Part shown: piece after piece, positions 11,996-25,562 of the stretch
Layout of the letters: every line of letters starts with the position of its first letter
Numbering within the stretch: the stretch's first letter is position 1
Assembly (NCBI RefSeq): GCF_018977255.1
Contig: NW_024704743.1
Coordinates: 76,634,001-76,698,000 of the forward strand
Length of the DNA: 64,000 bases
Source of the DNA: Callorhinchus milii
Lineage: Eukaryota
Reading direction: 5' to 3'
The notes under the pieces: generated by a model
What the model was told of the DNA's origin: nothing
The model's input: only the letters and a program-made list of their open reading frames with translations
Databases searched by the model: none
Position numbers and translations under genes: made by a program

Positions 11996-13467
11996 AGTCC
12001 TCTCAGGAACATGACTACTGGTTATTAATTGATACAGTTATTAATTGATCAACACTGCTTATCTTGGGAACCCAGCCCCATTTGAGGTTTGGAAATGTTA
12101 AACTTGTGCCTCTAGTTCTTCTCTCATGGCTTGTACTGTCAGATGACAGATTTAGATCTGTATCATCCTTGCCTTTCCTCATTGAAATAACTTTACTCTT
12201 ATTTTGAAGCCTGTATATGTTGTCACCATGAATAATAGGACTGAAAAATAATTTTTTATGCCTTATGTAGTCAAAGTGTATGGTATAGTTAATTAGACCT
12301 GCTGAATAAATTAAGAAATAGCAATTTAAAAAGAAATATACAATGATAAATAGTTGGCATTGTACATAAGATGATATTTGAACATTGGATTCTGTTCCAA
12401 ATTATAAACTGCTGGAAGTTTGTTCTCACAGATTTTGATCTCTAAGATGCTTGATTAAATGACTGCTTTGCAATTTACTGTCAGCCATCTGTGATCCCTT
12501 ATATAATGTGCACACTTTGGTGGCTCTTTATACATGGTATGCTGTCCATGTTGCTGACAAGAATGGAACGGAACAAGTTAAAAATACAATCTTTTTGATT
12601 TTGTTCAATACAAAAGCAAAGTGTCCTGTAAGTCAACATTGCTTTTTGCATGAAATTTAAACATCTTGTACAGACTGCAGGTGAAATGAGACAACTCTTC
12701 AAGTTATGGCATAAAAACTGAAGAGCTGCTTTGTTTTACTTCAATGAATTCGCTTCTGATCAGTGTGTGATATGGATTTAATGAATAACACAACCCTGAT
12801 GCAGGTGTATTGCACATTTCAGAAAAGAAATAAGAACCAAATGCTTTGGAAGAGGTTTTGGATTATAGTCTTGTGATCTTCAGGTGTTTTTAACTCAACA
12901 TGGAATTCTGTGGGAAGAGTATTTCCAAACATGACTACTACTCGAGAATATCAAAGTCTATTTCTAATGCACCAAAACTCTTTGGTTGGTAATTTTTTAC
13001 ATTTATGAAGTGGATCAAATTAGCTGTGAAGGACATTGCCTCTACCTAAACATGGTGCAACGAGAGTTTGCTGAATGCCGGTAATGAAGAGCATTAGTAG
13101 TGGACATTTTTCTTTCTCTGATTATATCCTTCATCCTTCTTTTCCTTCCTCCTTCCCTCCCACCATATTTTCTGTATCATAAAGCAGAGCAGGTTCAATG
13201 GGGTGATTGACATATTCCTGTTCCTTTTAATCGCCTTTCTTCCCGAGAATATTTCTGAAATGAATAATGCCATCAAAATACCCGTTATCTTTCTCACTAC
13301 TAATTAAAAACTTTCATTTTCATAGCTCCTTATATCAAAACATCTCAAAGCAATCTACAGTAATTACTGTCAAAGATGTTGACAGTGATTTTGTAGCCTA
13401 CAATCCTCCAAATTAATTTGTAATTCGCCTCATGGCTGTTTAGAGACCTAGTGGTATGTGCAACAGT

Positions 13468-13640
13468 TGCCCAAAGGCACGGTCAAAGAGGAAAGTTTTG
13501 CGACAGGCCATGAAGGGAGGGAGCAAGGCAGAGGGGCTCTGGGATGGAGTTACAGAGGGTGGAGGCAGAAAGGCTGAAAGTGTGACTGCCGATGGTGTAG
13601 CGGGCTGGGCGGGGGACATGGAGCCGGCCAATGCCCGTCG
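13468..13640 (-). mobile_element. L2 3' fragment
   Basis: Encodes KTFLFDRAF on the minus strand. Confidence 0.7.
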
Positions 13641-13831
13641 AGGGGAAACATTAGGAGTTTATGGGAATGCTTTTACATTATCAGTGAAGAATGTTTTTGT
13701 GATTAGACGATATTTTTGTTGTATTTTTCTCAGTCTATTTGTGGAAAATTCCAGATCCCCTCCCCTGCTCTTTTTAAAAAAAGACTTGAAGCATTTATGC
13801 AATTCACCCATACCAGACATACCAATAACAA

Positions 13832-14103
13832 TAAGTCATAAATATAAGATAGTGACTAGGGGATCTAAAAGAGAATTTAGGAGGATGTACTTCATGCAGA
13901 GGATAGTGAGATTGTGGAGCTCGCTACGTGAACCAGTGGTTGAATCAGATAGTATAGGTGCATTCAAGAGGAAGCTGGACCATCACATGAGGGAGAAGGT
14001 AATAGAAGGCTATGGGAGGGTGTTAGTAGTGGGCGGAGATGCGTGGAGTATACGGACTGGTTGTGTCAAGTGGCCTTTTTCTGTGCTGTACATTCTTTAT
14101 AAT
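13832..14103 (+). mobile_element. CR1 LINE 3' end
   Basis: HKYKI...YFMQRIVRLWSSL..VVESDSIGAFKRKLD followed by tggccttttctgtgctgtacattct-type terminus. Confidence 0.85.
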
Positions 14104-16007
14104 AACAAATCAAACAAGTCCGTATATGTTCCATTTCCTGTTTGCCACAAAAATGTTTTGTATTTATGCTGCGTACTACCATTATATTTCCCTTATTAAA
14201 CATATTGTATTGGCACCGTGTGACAATAAATACATTGTTTGCTGGGGACACATCAGCACATTAACAATACCATGTCTTCTGATGTTACAGTGACACCCTC
14301 TGTTGTCTCCATATGTACCATTCAAAAACATTTCTCATCAGATAAAATATAAACCACATAAATTCTATTTATTTAGCCAGTTCTTAACCATTAATGCAAG
14401 GCTTATATAGTCCCTGATCGTTGTTTTAGGGATTTGGGCTTCTCTAAATCTTAGCATTTCACTGCTGAAGACTTGTAATACCTTTACTGACAGATATGTG
14501 GTGGGTAGATCACACATAAAAGCGAGGAACAGAATGCACTGGAGAAACTGTATACTTTAAGAAAAAGATTATGATTACAGGATACCTTTTTACTTACACT
14601 TAACACTTGTAACCTAATCTGGGTTTATTTGAAATCTTTGTCATAGCTACGACTGTCAGAGTTAAGAAGGGAAAAAAAGTTGCAGCGTCAGTTAGTTTTG
14701 CTAAGACTAACTCCCATGACTTTCTAAAGTGATATGTACCTTGAAGGTCATCTTTGGCTTGACTGCACTAGGCCACCAAGTTTGGTGATTAATTGGAAAG
14801 ATAAGAAAAAAGCAACAACAAGACAGCAGAGTGCAGTAAAGACCTTGAGGATGAGGGCTGGAGAGTGATGGCAGTGAAAGAAGTGTCATGCTTCATGCCC
14901 TCTGCCTTCCTGATGATGTATATTGAGAGCAGGTGATTCTTCATTAGCTGCTACAATTCAAATCATGATGCTCTTTTTAATATGGAATCCTTTGTTTCGG
15001 GTAGACTAAACCAAATACATTGGTTTATCCTTTACCATTATAAGTATGTGTGTGTGTGTATGTCTGTAGGGAGGGCCAACCACAAGAGAGTCTTTCACTC
15101 TCTTTGTTCTCTCTGTCGTTTTATGCCCCATTTTAAGCACTTATAGTGGTAGCAGATGAGGATACAAAGGGAGTAGGTTGAACCAAGCTCAGTTTGTGGA
15201 ATTGCTTCCAATAATGACGTGTATTGCCTTGTGGAGACAGTGGTCGACTTGAAAATAGTCAAGTTAATGATGCATTTCAAGTATGCACAGCTGAGAATCA
15301 GTTACGTTTTGCAGACTTGAAAAACAAATGTTTGGCTCAGTTTTCTTTCATGATTATTGCAGTTCAAAGGTGATTTATGATTGCATTTCAGAACAAAGTA
15401 ACTTTAGCCCTTCCGTTTTCCCTCCTAAAGTATGTAGGTGTTTGAGTTTGAAGAAATAAGCAATAAAGCATCTGGAATGAAGTTGGTAACATTTTGCAGC
15501 TTTGTAGAAATCATTTAAGAGAATGCATTGGAAAAGTTCCATTATCCTCAATACATTGTAGAAATGAGGAAAAATTACAGACTCTATTGTTTAAATATAT
15601 TTCTGATATAATTATGCATTCACCTGGCCTTGTTCCTCAAACTATGAAGAATATAAATGGAGTATGACTGCTTAATGAGGGCAGCTGGAATGAGTATTGA
15701 AAAGGAACCGACTTGTTTACTATTCTTCTGCAAAAATAATGCCTGATCCAGTGAGTCAATCATCAGAGGCCAATTGCTTGCATACAGCTTACATAAGCCT
15801 GGAGCACAAATGGGTGAGACATGGTGCTACCCAGTTCAATGGTCCTGCACAAGTTTAATTTAATGGCAGGAGATGGCTGCTTCTGCAATCATTGACCCTT
15901 TGGTACTGGTTGCCATCACCCTTTCATTGAAGCACTATAATTGCATTATATAGGTCATATATAGCTGGCATCAAATAGCTGCTTGATGCCAGCTATTAGC
16001 AGTGATA

Positions 16008-16326
16008 TAATAATAATAATAATCCTTGCATTTGATATAGCGCTTTTCACGTCGGGAGGACGTCCCAAAGCGCTTCACAGAACACACTGTAAAGTGAATT
16101 GACTGTATATTTGTGGGCGAACGCGGCAGCCAATTGCGCACAGCAATGTCCCACAAACAGTCGTAGATTGAAAATGACCAATTTAATTATTGTTTTTTTT
16201 TTGGAGGGATTATTATTAGGCGTGTGGAGTAAGGAAACTTGCCCAAGGTTTCGCCCTCTGCCTGGAATTGAACTCAGGTCTCTCACTTGCAAAGCGAGTG
16301 CTCTAACCACTGAGCTACAGGACTCC
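16008..16326 (-). mobile_element. Young full-length tRNA(Ala-like)-headed SINE
   Basis: Head ggagtcctgtagctcagtggttagagcactcgctttgcaagtgag, B box, core, stem-loop identical to the young L2, (tta)n tail. Confidence 0.93.
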
Positions 16327-19300
16327 ACCTCCATATGGACCAGGCTCAGTCTAGATGAACAAACTCCACTCCTTGTCTGTTATCTGTGGAACCATAAATT
16401 GAAGACAGACAGACAGATAGATAGTCAGTTAATGCCTCATTTTAAGAGTTGGCATAGAACATTAGCTTCTTCATGCCTGTGTCTTATCTATGAACGTTGC
16501 AGAATCATCAGTATCCGTGGAATCCAAGATATCTGCCCGTTTTGTGTGAAATAGTCACAGATATTTTGAGCCTGGAGGACAATAATGACTATCTCCTTTA
16601 CTGAGCTCTCTTTAGATCCTTAGTCCAACACTTTGATCTGTTTAACAATAAGGTGACCAGGAGCTTAAATGTTTTAGTTCTAGGTACACTGCCCTCAGGA
16701 GTTTATGCCTCTCTTTCAGAGGTCATTCGTAATTTTTACCTTCCCTTTCTCTTTGTGGGAGTGTGACAGAATGAACTTGCTTTACCTGATCCAGAAAGCA
16801 TAATCAGAGATAACAGGGTTCAACATATAATGATTTCTATTTTGATGCTTTTAGAAGGAACCCGTAAGTACATCATACCAATTCATCAAAACTCTGCTCT
16901 GACTCTACCTTTGAAACAAGAGTTGGAGTGGGTCAGCATAACATCTGTAACTTATTTCCAGTTACTAAAGGAACCCCTATTGGATTTCCTATTAGGAAAT
17001 CTACTAGAAATTACCACTTATTAAACCCCAATCTATCCATGTTCAAAGAGTTCGCTTTTATTTACTGGTCTTGGTTCAACAGAAATAGCAAAGTAAGCGT
17101 CCAGCGTAAAAAAATGTGTTATCTGCAGCATAAGAATCAAAATAGCTCATTCCTATGGAAAATTAGTTATCACAGAGTACTATGTTTACTTTGCTTTCAG
17201 AACACTGGGCAGAATTCTCACTGAAAACAAGAGATGGGCAGAGAGTGAAACTCCAATTCTGGCTGTGGTCAAAGCTCTCCAACCTCCCTTTCTGTGGTTG
17301 GAAGATTTCTGTTGGATCACAACCAATGCAACAACAGACTGCAATAAGCAACAGTGCCTAGTCTATTTTCATGGCCCTGAATTGCCTGTGAACTTCCACC
17401 CTAAATTCCTGATGTACGTTTTTAGCACTTGGGTCCAGTGGATTCCTTCTTTAAAAACAGAATGTTGAGTCTGTCCCTAGCCAAAGCCTCAAGTAACTAG
17501 ATTGAGTTGTATAATTCCTATTTATTGATCAATGTAGGAAAATCACAATCAATGCAGAAACAATCCAAAAGTTATATTCCCCCAAATTCAAAGAAGATGT
17601 GTGTTTGTGTATTGTTGAACCATGCACAAGAAGATATTCAGGGATCTGAAGTGAGCCACTGATCTTTATCAAATGGAGTATTTTCTTTGGGTTGTTGAGG
17701 AATCTAAGGCTTTGCAATCACTGCTAAACTTGAGACCATTCAAAAATTATCTACAAGGAAAGGTCCAGGAACTGGGTGACCCATGGGTTAGCATACGTCT
17801 GAGGTCACCTCTAAAGAATTTAAGAGACTATTTATTCTTTTGTCATGACTTTCTCTAAATTTTTTTTAAATGCAGGTGTTACTGGTGTTCAACACAGTTA
17901 GCAAAGCTCTACTTGTGCATTTGTTTGTATATTTGCAATTTTAAAACCAGAAATATAAATGCCTTTTCCCAGCTTAATCACTTCCAGCACTGGAAATGTG
18001 GCATCAGTGAGCATAATACTCTGCTATCGTATCCACTTCGTATTGTTTTGCTTTGGAGGAAGTTAGCTCTAAACCCACATCAAGATATCATTCCTAAATT
18101 GTATCCGAACTTCCCTTCTCTTTGCAATTTATGCCAACATTTTACCTGCCAATACGTAATAAATACAGTAACCAGCAGGAAGATTATAAAGATAGATGTA
18201 ACTGTCATCTAATCCCAGGGCTCACTGACTTCATATTTATTGTGCTTGATATAAAATTCTCAAAGAAACCTTGTCCTGCTCCTTAATTTTAGGAACCTGA
18301 TAATAATCATACCAATGACTTTGAGTGTATGCCTGTTTTAATTGGTGCCTAGTTTCATATGTGTATGTATGAATATACATATATACATACACACATATAC
18401 ATATTGTATCTAATTTAGAGCACAGGAGTCCACTTGTGGCATTATGCCTGTGCTGGTCTCAACTCACCCCATTAGTGCAATTTACGCGAATCCCATTCTC
18501 CCGCTCATTTTCCATGTCTATTAATGTTATCTTTTCTCAAGTGTTTTTATATAAAGTCAAACACAACACTATCAATTGATGATTCCAAAGCCTCATACAT
18601 TTGAGGAGTTGAACTCTGTGGACTTCTAGATATTTTTCATCACAAATCTCTCGCTGTACTTAGATGACACTGAATATATGTAAATAGAAAAAGCATTTAA
18701 TCTGTGCTATTTCAAAGGCCGAGCTGCTACTTGTTAACAGAAAAATTCCTATGCTGTAAATCTTTCAGCAGCTAAACTTTATGGAATGTGGTTTGAAACA
18801 ATTCTGAAAGTGTTTAAGGTCTAAGTTAAGTGGTGAAAATGAAATAAGTCAGTGGCATTCAGCTGGTGCACAGATAGCAATGATAGGAACAATTAATAGA
18901 TATTGTCAGCCTTTTTGATTTGTATCGTAAACTATGCTGAAATAACAAATTAAAACAGCACTTTTAGCAGGTTTTACTTTTGTTTGCTGGGATTGAGTGA
19001 TTGCGACTGGAACTCATTAGGTTAACCCGTTATCACTTTATTTATGATACTGTAAATGACGCTTAAAAGATATGACTCTCAGTAAATTGGATCTCAGAAA
19101 ATTCTACAGCAATGAATAGGAAAACATACTTAACTTTTAGATGTTAGATGAAAAGAGCACCTTTCATAGTGCATACAAGGAATAATGTTTGTTCTGGAGA
19201 TAAACGCCTGTCAGGTGGTAAGAGAGGTTTAACATTCAAAAAGAAAACTAAACAGCTGATATCAACAGCATTTGGGGTGACACCAGATAATATTGCATGC

Positions 19301-20069
19301 CTGGATTCTTCAGCTTCTTTAGCATTTGGTACTATTCTTCCTTTGTTCAGCCGTGTACTGAACTAGGGGCTGCTCAGAATATCCAGATAGCTGCTATCTA
19401 CACTTGTAAATACAATAAAGAGGACTTTGAATATGCCATTCTTTGATATAATTCTAATCTTTTCTTTTGTGACTCTACTTCTTTAGTATTTTTTCCATTA
19501 TATCATGCAGATTTAAAACATTGGATTGAAAAGCTTAGATCTGAGTAAAATACACAGGCACTTTGAGGTTTGAGATTATTTTGGTAGGCACATCCTGCAC
19601 ATTACTTTAAAAACAGCTGCATTTTTAAATGTGAAATTCCTTTTCTTACACACACACACACCTTCTATAAAATATGCAAGAAAAAGACTTGAGTATATTA
19701 CAGAAAATAATTGGTGGAAATGTTGCATCTTTGTTTTGGAACGCTGAAAATTCTTTCAGCATTCAAAAAATAAATATACATAATTCTTAATATAATTTGA
19801 GACTACTCTCTACTCTACTGTTCTCTACTGATTGAGAAGAGCTATGAGATAGTTGGTTAATTTCATTTCATAGAATTCCAGTGTTGGTTTGTAAGACTGA
19901 CTGAATTTCTTTAAAGAAAAGCAAAAGGTAGAGCTTGCACTGGTGGCACTAAACTACTAATATGTTTTTGCACAATTGTATCAAATACAATATCTCAATT
20001 CAATACGACCAATGATAGAATTAGACCCAGGCCCAGTTGCAAATTAAATAGCAGCAAGATCTGAAATCC

Positions 20070-20126
20070 AAACAACAACAACAACAGCATTTATAGAGCA
20101 CCTTTCACGTCGGGAGGACGTCCCAC
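20070..20126 (-). mobile_element. L2 tail (stem-loop plus microsatellite)
   Basis: (caa)n then atttatagagcacctttcacgtcgggaggacgtccca. Confidence 0.8.
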
Positions 20127-21351
20127 ACACTACACCAATGAGTTTATAATATCTACTTTGAGACAAATGATTAATACTCAGTTTACTGTGTAGACGTTAA
20201 TATTTGTTGGTTGTGCTATAATGGTTGCATAAATGGTAGTCTATGCTGAATCTGTATTTTTTTCCCATCTTAGTGATAAGAGCAGCTTTCTCACAGGAGT
20301 CTCATTCTGGTGATGTGCTGTTGAATAAGCTTTTTAATCACTGTGACATCTTTTACGTACAAATATTTACTTCTTTGCCATTGCAAACTTTGATGTGTCC
20401 ACCAAGCTAACCTGGAAACAGTAAACTATTACCACTGACAGTGTCACAAAGTTGGAGTTGTGTCTAAAATACTGAATTAGAGGGTGTCATTTTTCCATTC
20501 TCGGTGACATTTATTGCATCTAATACCATAATGTTTTCTAACTGCTGTTGATTTAATTTGTCCATCCTAGAATTTAACCAATTTGATGCCAAGGTTTACA
20601 AATTCATTTGAGTCTGTCTGCATCAATGTATTTAATCTGAACTGAGCTAATTTTTCAAGGAGAAGATTGCATCGAATAAAGCTTCAGCTGTGCAGGCAGG
20701 CAGGTAGAATGTTTAAACCTCCTTCAATGACCTTCTAACTGATTCTTAATCTCAGAAAACAATACGAATCTACGAGAAGTCTACTGGGTGATTTTGGGGC
20801 TCTCTGGACTCCATTTGACCCTGCTAATTTTTGTGGTCAGAAGTTTAGGCTATAAAACACATACAGAAAAATGGGTGGGTCAAGGAGACTAAGAAAGTGG
20901 TAATGAGATCAGGAGATGTTAAAGACCACAGGAGAGAAGCTCAATGGTTTCTGCACTTTATCTGAACGCTGAAATTGTTTTAGTTCCTTTAACTGTCCCC
21001 TATCTGTTGTTATTTCAATAACATATACAGGTGGTAAATTCCAGGTGGCTTATCAGTAATTTCAAGCTGCCTCAGATCTCTGTGGGATGTGCTCAGTAGG
21101 TGTAGCTTATATGCCTGTCAAGTGACTAATGAAAGGTTGTAGAATTACTTTCTTGCCATGAGACAGTGATTTTCAATGTTCATCTTGTTTGTTCTAAAAC
21201 TCCATTGGAGTAGTTTTATATTACTGTTTAGTCTCAAATTGTTTGTGTGTGTCAGAGCAGCAGAATTGACTCATAATATTAAAAAGGATTTTAAATCCAA
21301 GCTATCAGCAATAAATTTGTCCAGATGAGTACATTACAATAAATAAAATCT

Positions 21352-21810
21352 ACAATACAATTTACATTTATCTAGTGCCTTTCAGGTCAGGTTGGCGTCT
21401 CAAAGAGTGTGATCCTGTTGGCTGGGCACCCAAGTTGGAGATGGGAGGTGGGGGAGGTAGGAGGGGAATAATATAATAATCCTTGCATTTGGTTTAGCTC
21501 CTTTCACATTGGAAGTATGTCCCAAACTGCTTCACAGAATGTACTGTAAAATGCAGTGGCTATGTGTTTTGTGGGTGAATGTAACAGCCAATTTGAATAC
21601 TGTAATGTCCCACAAATAGTGAAGACGTGAATCACTTAATTTTATTTGAAGGATGTTGATCAGGGCACCAGGAGAAACTCCCTTCTCTATTTGAATAGTG
21701 CCATTGGATCTTTTGTAAGTAGGATTTAAAAACAGACACAAAGGAAGTGAGATGGAAGGGTAGAGTGAGGCAGTTCCAGAGGTTGGGGTGTTGTTGCTGA
21801 AGGCTCAACT
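21352..21810 (-). mobile_element. L2 3' end interrupted by a DeuSINE (about 21468-21720)
   Basis: L2 tail and UTR, then SINE with caggagaaactcc..gtgccattggatctttt, then L2 resumes (gttccagagg..gctgaaggc). Confidence 0.7.
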
Positions 21811-21954
21811 ATTTGAATTGCACCAAATGAGTAGAATTACAGTGCGGCCCTAATATAATGTGGTCCAGGGGGATCTATAACAGAGCCTTACCCCAGAAGA
21901 TGGGGTTAGTGAGCATTTTACGCTCACCAGTATCATAAGACTGGGAACAATGAA

Positions 21955-22345
21955 AATGCTGTCGCATTTCGCCCACAAATATACAGTCAATTCACTTTAC
22001 AGTCTGTTCTGTGAAGTGCTTTGAGACATCGAGAAGACGTGAAAAGCGCTATAACAAATGCAAGGATCATGATTATTATAAAAGTTGTTTAGTTCATCTA
22101 ATTTACCCCATCTTAAGGAATGCTTAGATCATTTTCACCTTTCTTTAGCTTTGCCACCATTCTCTGCTTCCCTGCAGAATTAGTCTAATTTCTTTTACAT
22201 TGATGGAAGAATCGCATTGAATCCATAAGATTCTTAGCCTTTAAACTTTCAATATAATATACAGTCAATTCACTTTACAGTATATTCTATGAAGGGTGAT
22301 AAGATGCTATATCAAATGTAAGGATTATTGTTATTATTTTTATTA
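21955..22345 (+). mobile_element. Two SINE 3' fragments (21955-22080, 22258-22345)
   Basis: acagtcaattcactttacag...aaatgcaaggat tails. Confidence 0.75.
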
Positions 22346-22577
22346 GGATTAAGAAGTGCAACCTTAAATAACAGACCTTAAATAACATTACAAAATCTCC
22401 ATGCAAGTTTAACGTTTAAATAATCATTGAAATTAATACCAATACAATCCAATTTAGTCACTGGCATGGGTTACATTCTGAGAGAACAGTTTAACATGAA
22501 ACCGATGCTCTGAAAATTGGATCAATACTAGATTTTAGCATTGTTTTGAGCATCCGGCTGATGCTAGGTGGCAGTCT

Positions 22578-23252
22578 GTTCCTTAAGCGAGAGGACTTGG
22601 GTTTGATTTGCGGCAGGGTGAAATGTTGGTCAAAATCCCTTACACCACACGCCTCTGCTCACCTAGTAGTAAGTAGAAATCCGGTTGTTAGTCAATTGGC
22701 GGATCGCTTTTCTGGGGGTAATTACAGCAACAACTTGCACTTATATAGTGCCCTCCATACAGAGTAGCATCTCATAGCGCTTAACAGTGGCGGAGCCTGA
22801 CTCTGAGCTGGTGGGAGGGGGGAGTTGGCCCTAAGCTCAGTCGAAGAGGAAAGTTTTCAGGTGTGACTTGAAAGATGGGGCAAGACGGAGGGATTAAGGG
22901 AGAGTGTTCCAGAGTTTCGGGGTGTAATGGCTGAAAGCGCGACGTCCGATGGTGGGGTGGAGGGTGTGAAGGACGAGCAAGAGGTGGTGCCAGTCGAGCG
23001 GAGGTGCCGGGTGGTGGATTCGAGATTGAGGAGGTCAGAGAGATAGGGAGGTGTCGGAGTGAATGAATTTGAACACAATTATCACTTCAAAACAAAAATA
23101 ATAATAATTTGGTCACTGCTGTGCACAATTGCCGTTTTGCCCACAAAATATACAGTCAATTAACTTTAAAGTATATTCTGTGAAGTGCTTTGAGACATCT
23201 TGAAGACATGATAAGACGCTATATCAAATGAAAGGATTATTGTTATTATTAT
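22578..23252 (+). mobile_element. Long-form SINE interrupted by a minus-strand L2 (22725-23076)
   Basis: tRNA head remnant, extra central block, L2 insert with TSD AATTA, then SINE 3' half. Confidence 0.8.
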
Positions 23253-23659
23253 AAGCAGTATGTTCTCTTTAAATTTGTGCATCTTACCTTATCAAATTAC
23301 CAAACAGACAATGCAAAGGCTTTATTCTGGCAGAAAGTAATCAGCATAAGATTGAAAGATTGAACCACATTCTTTTGGAATCCATTTCAAAGTATTTCTA
23401 AGTAGGGAATATTTTTTTCCAAAGTAAATGATTTTACATTGAAATCTTTTAATCTGCAATATACATTAGAGAGCTTGTGTTTTATTAACTTGTACCTCAA
23501 GACCTTTTAAAGAACCAACTGACTCTTCCCCCCTCACCCTCCAACTCAACACTTGCATACATATCATATGAGTGGCGCTGCCTGATTGTTCAGGTTCACT
23601 GCATGCAACCTTCGCAGTAGAAAAAAGAGTACGTTACTAAAATGTTGTTAATAATAAAG

Positions 23660-24010
23660 CTATAATCCTTACATTTAATATGGCGAATATCATGTTGGGA
23701 GTGCTTCACAGGATTTACTGTAAAGTGTAATAATGTTTTTTTTACATGTTTGCGACAGCCAATTTGCGCACATCAATTTTTATCTGGGAGATTCTTTGTC
23801 AGGATACCAGGAAACTTTCCTCTTTTAGTACCAGGGCATCTTTAACAACCATTGAACAGGCTAATAGAACTGTGGTTTTGAAGTCTCATCCGAAGGACTT
23901 TATCTCTTTAATGCACCGTACCCCCAGCACTGAATTAAAGTGTCAATCTAAACTACATGAATTCAAAGTCCGGACCTGGGGCTTGAATGCACAAAGTTCT
24001 GACTCAAGGG
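23660..24010 (-). mobile_element. SacSINE1-like DeuSINE
   Basis: gtctcatccgaaggac, agtgtcaatctaaacta and ggggcttgaa match the reverse complement of 61213-61632. Confidence 0.7.
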
Positions 24011-24047
24011 CACATCCAGGACAATGTCTGACATGGAGTTGGTTAAG

Positions 24048-24320
24048 ACAACAACAAATTACATTTGTATAGCGCCTTTCACGTCAGAAGGATGTCCCAT
24101 GGTGCTGGATGGTCCGGAATTTGGACTATCCAGCGATCAGGGTCCAAACTTTTCGGGGTTTGGGATAAGAGAGCATGAAGGGTAGGGAGGGTAGGGGTAG
24201 TGGCCGAATGCACGCTCGAAAAGGATGGTGTTGAGATGTGCCCTGAAGGAGGCAAGGGAGAGAGCAAGACAGCAATGGTGCAGGAGTCGATGGTGGAGGC
24301 ACAGAGGTAGAGTCTAGTGA
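24048..24320 (-). mobile_element. L2 3' end
   Basis: (caa)n tail, stem-loop, purine-rich body. Confidence 0.75.
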
Positions 24321-24781
24321 TCAAGCCACAGACTTCAAGCCCAAAGGAAGTGATACTGGCACAAATTCATTAAAAATCCTGCAGTTTCCAATCCTTATTG
24401 ATGGTCAGTAAGTAACAGAACCACTCTTGTAGTGAAAACCATCTGTTATACGCTGCTTCTTTCCTCAGTCTGTCCATAAGCTGTCCACTCAGACTTCGAA
24501 AGCCAGGCAGAGGATTCTAGCTATGAGGAGTTTCAAATCAGAATTGTCAGTTTTCCAATTGTAACATTGATATCGCTATCTATTTTTTTTGATAAAATGA
24601 ACTTTCAAAAACAATAATATAATGTAGCATGTTTTTTTAGATGACACTGATAAAATCAAAAATGCGGCTTTTAATATTCATTATTTTGATTCATAGGGCC
24701 TGTGTAATGAGTGTCACAGTTAAAAGTGTACCAACAGAAGACAGAAGTGCAGTATAAATATAACTCTTTTGATCTTTTTAG

Positions 24782-24964
24782 CTGATTGCTCTAGCAGATG
24801 CCGCAGAGGAGAACCAGACTGACCTGTGTCAAGCTTTCACGAGGCTAAAGAGTGCCACCCAGCTAATAGTTCTGTTGATCAGTCTGTGGCAAGGCCTAAG
24901 CAAAGATCAGGTGATCATACTAGAAGCTGCATTCTTACCTCTCATACAAGATACCCAGGAACTG
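24782..24964 (+). CDS. BBS9: BBS9 (PTHB1) internal coding exon, 183 bp, phase 0-0
   Basis: ttttag acceptor and gtaagt donor. Translates LIALADAAEENQTDLCQAFTRLKSATQLIVLLISLWQGLSKDQVIILEAAFLPLIQDTQEL, which I recognise as the vertebrate BBS9 C-terminal helical region. Confidence 0.95.
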
Positions 24965-25541
24965 GTAAGTGCCATGTAAACATTTATTAATAATAATACT
25001 TACATTGGATCTAAACATATAACATTGAAATGTCTCAAAAGTATTTCTCAAGTAATTCCTGTAAAGTGTTCTGACTGTTTATGTCGAGGTGAATGCCGCA
25101 GAAAATGTGCGCACAACAATATCTCAGAAACAGTCATGAAGTGAATGGCCAATTCACTTGGAAATTTGTTAGACAGTACAGGATTTAAACTGTAACTTTG
25201 TGTTCAAACATCAGCATTCGTTCACCCTTTTTGGCAGCCCTTTGTGATATGAAGATCTTTGAGTAAAGTACTTAGCTCTTTGATGTGAAGTTATCTCTGA
25301 ATGTTGCTTTTGTCAATTAGTGATTTTCACTTTTCACAAAATATTCTTATTTAGCTGCATCCATTTGATTTCCAAAATGTTATACACTTTACAGTTTAAT
25401 AAGAGTGCAGATGAAAATGTGCATTGTATTCAAGCTGCAGTATATAAAAGGTTTTCTTTAAAACTAAATATAGGTTTGTGCAACAAAAAGGTTAAGGATA
25501 ATGTCTACTGATTTTAGTATTAGCCTAAAATAAGTCAATTG

Positions 25542-25562
25542 TAACCCTAACCCTAACCCTAA
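25542..25562 (-). repeat. Short interstitial telomere-like repeat (TTAGGG)3.5
   Basis: taaccctaaccctaaccctaa. Confidence 0.7.

Noticed and set aside
13456..14199. 247-aa ORF
   Set aside because: Chance read-through of an antisense L2, unique DNA and a CR1 3' end
16250..16326. tRNA-Ala-like gene (also 8276 and 42420)
   Set aside because: SINE heads continuing into SINE bodies, with no proper acceptor stem or terminator
1..24780. Upstream BBS9 exon (RFKDKTP region)
   Set aside because: Not found by eye; probably upstream of the window
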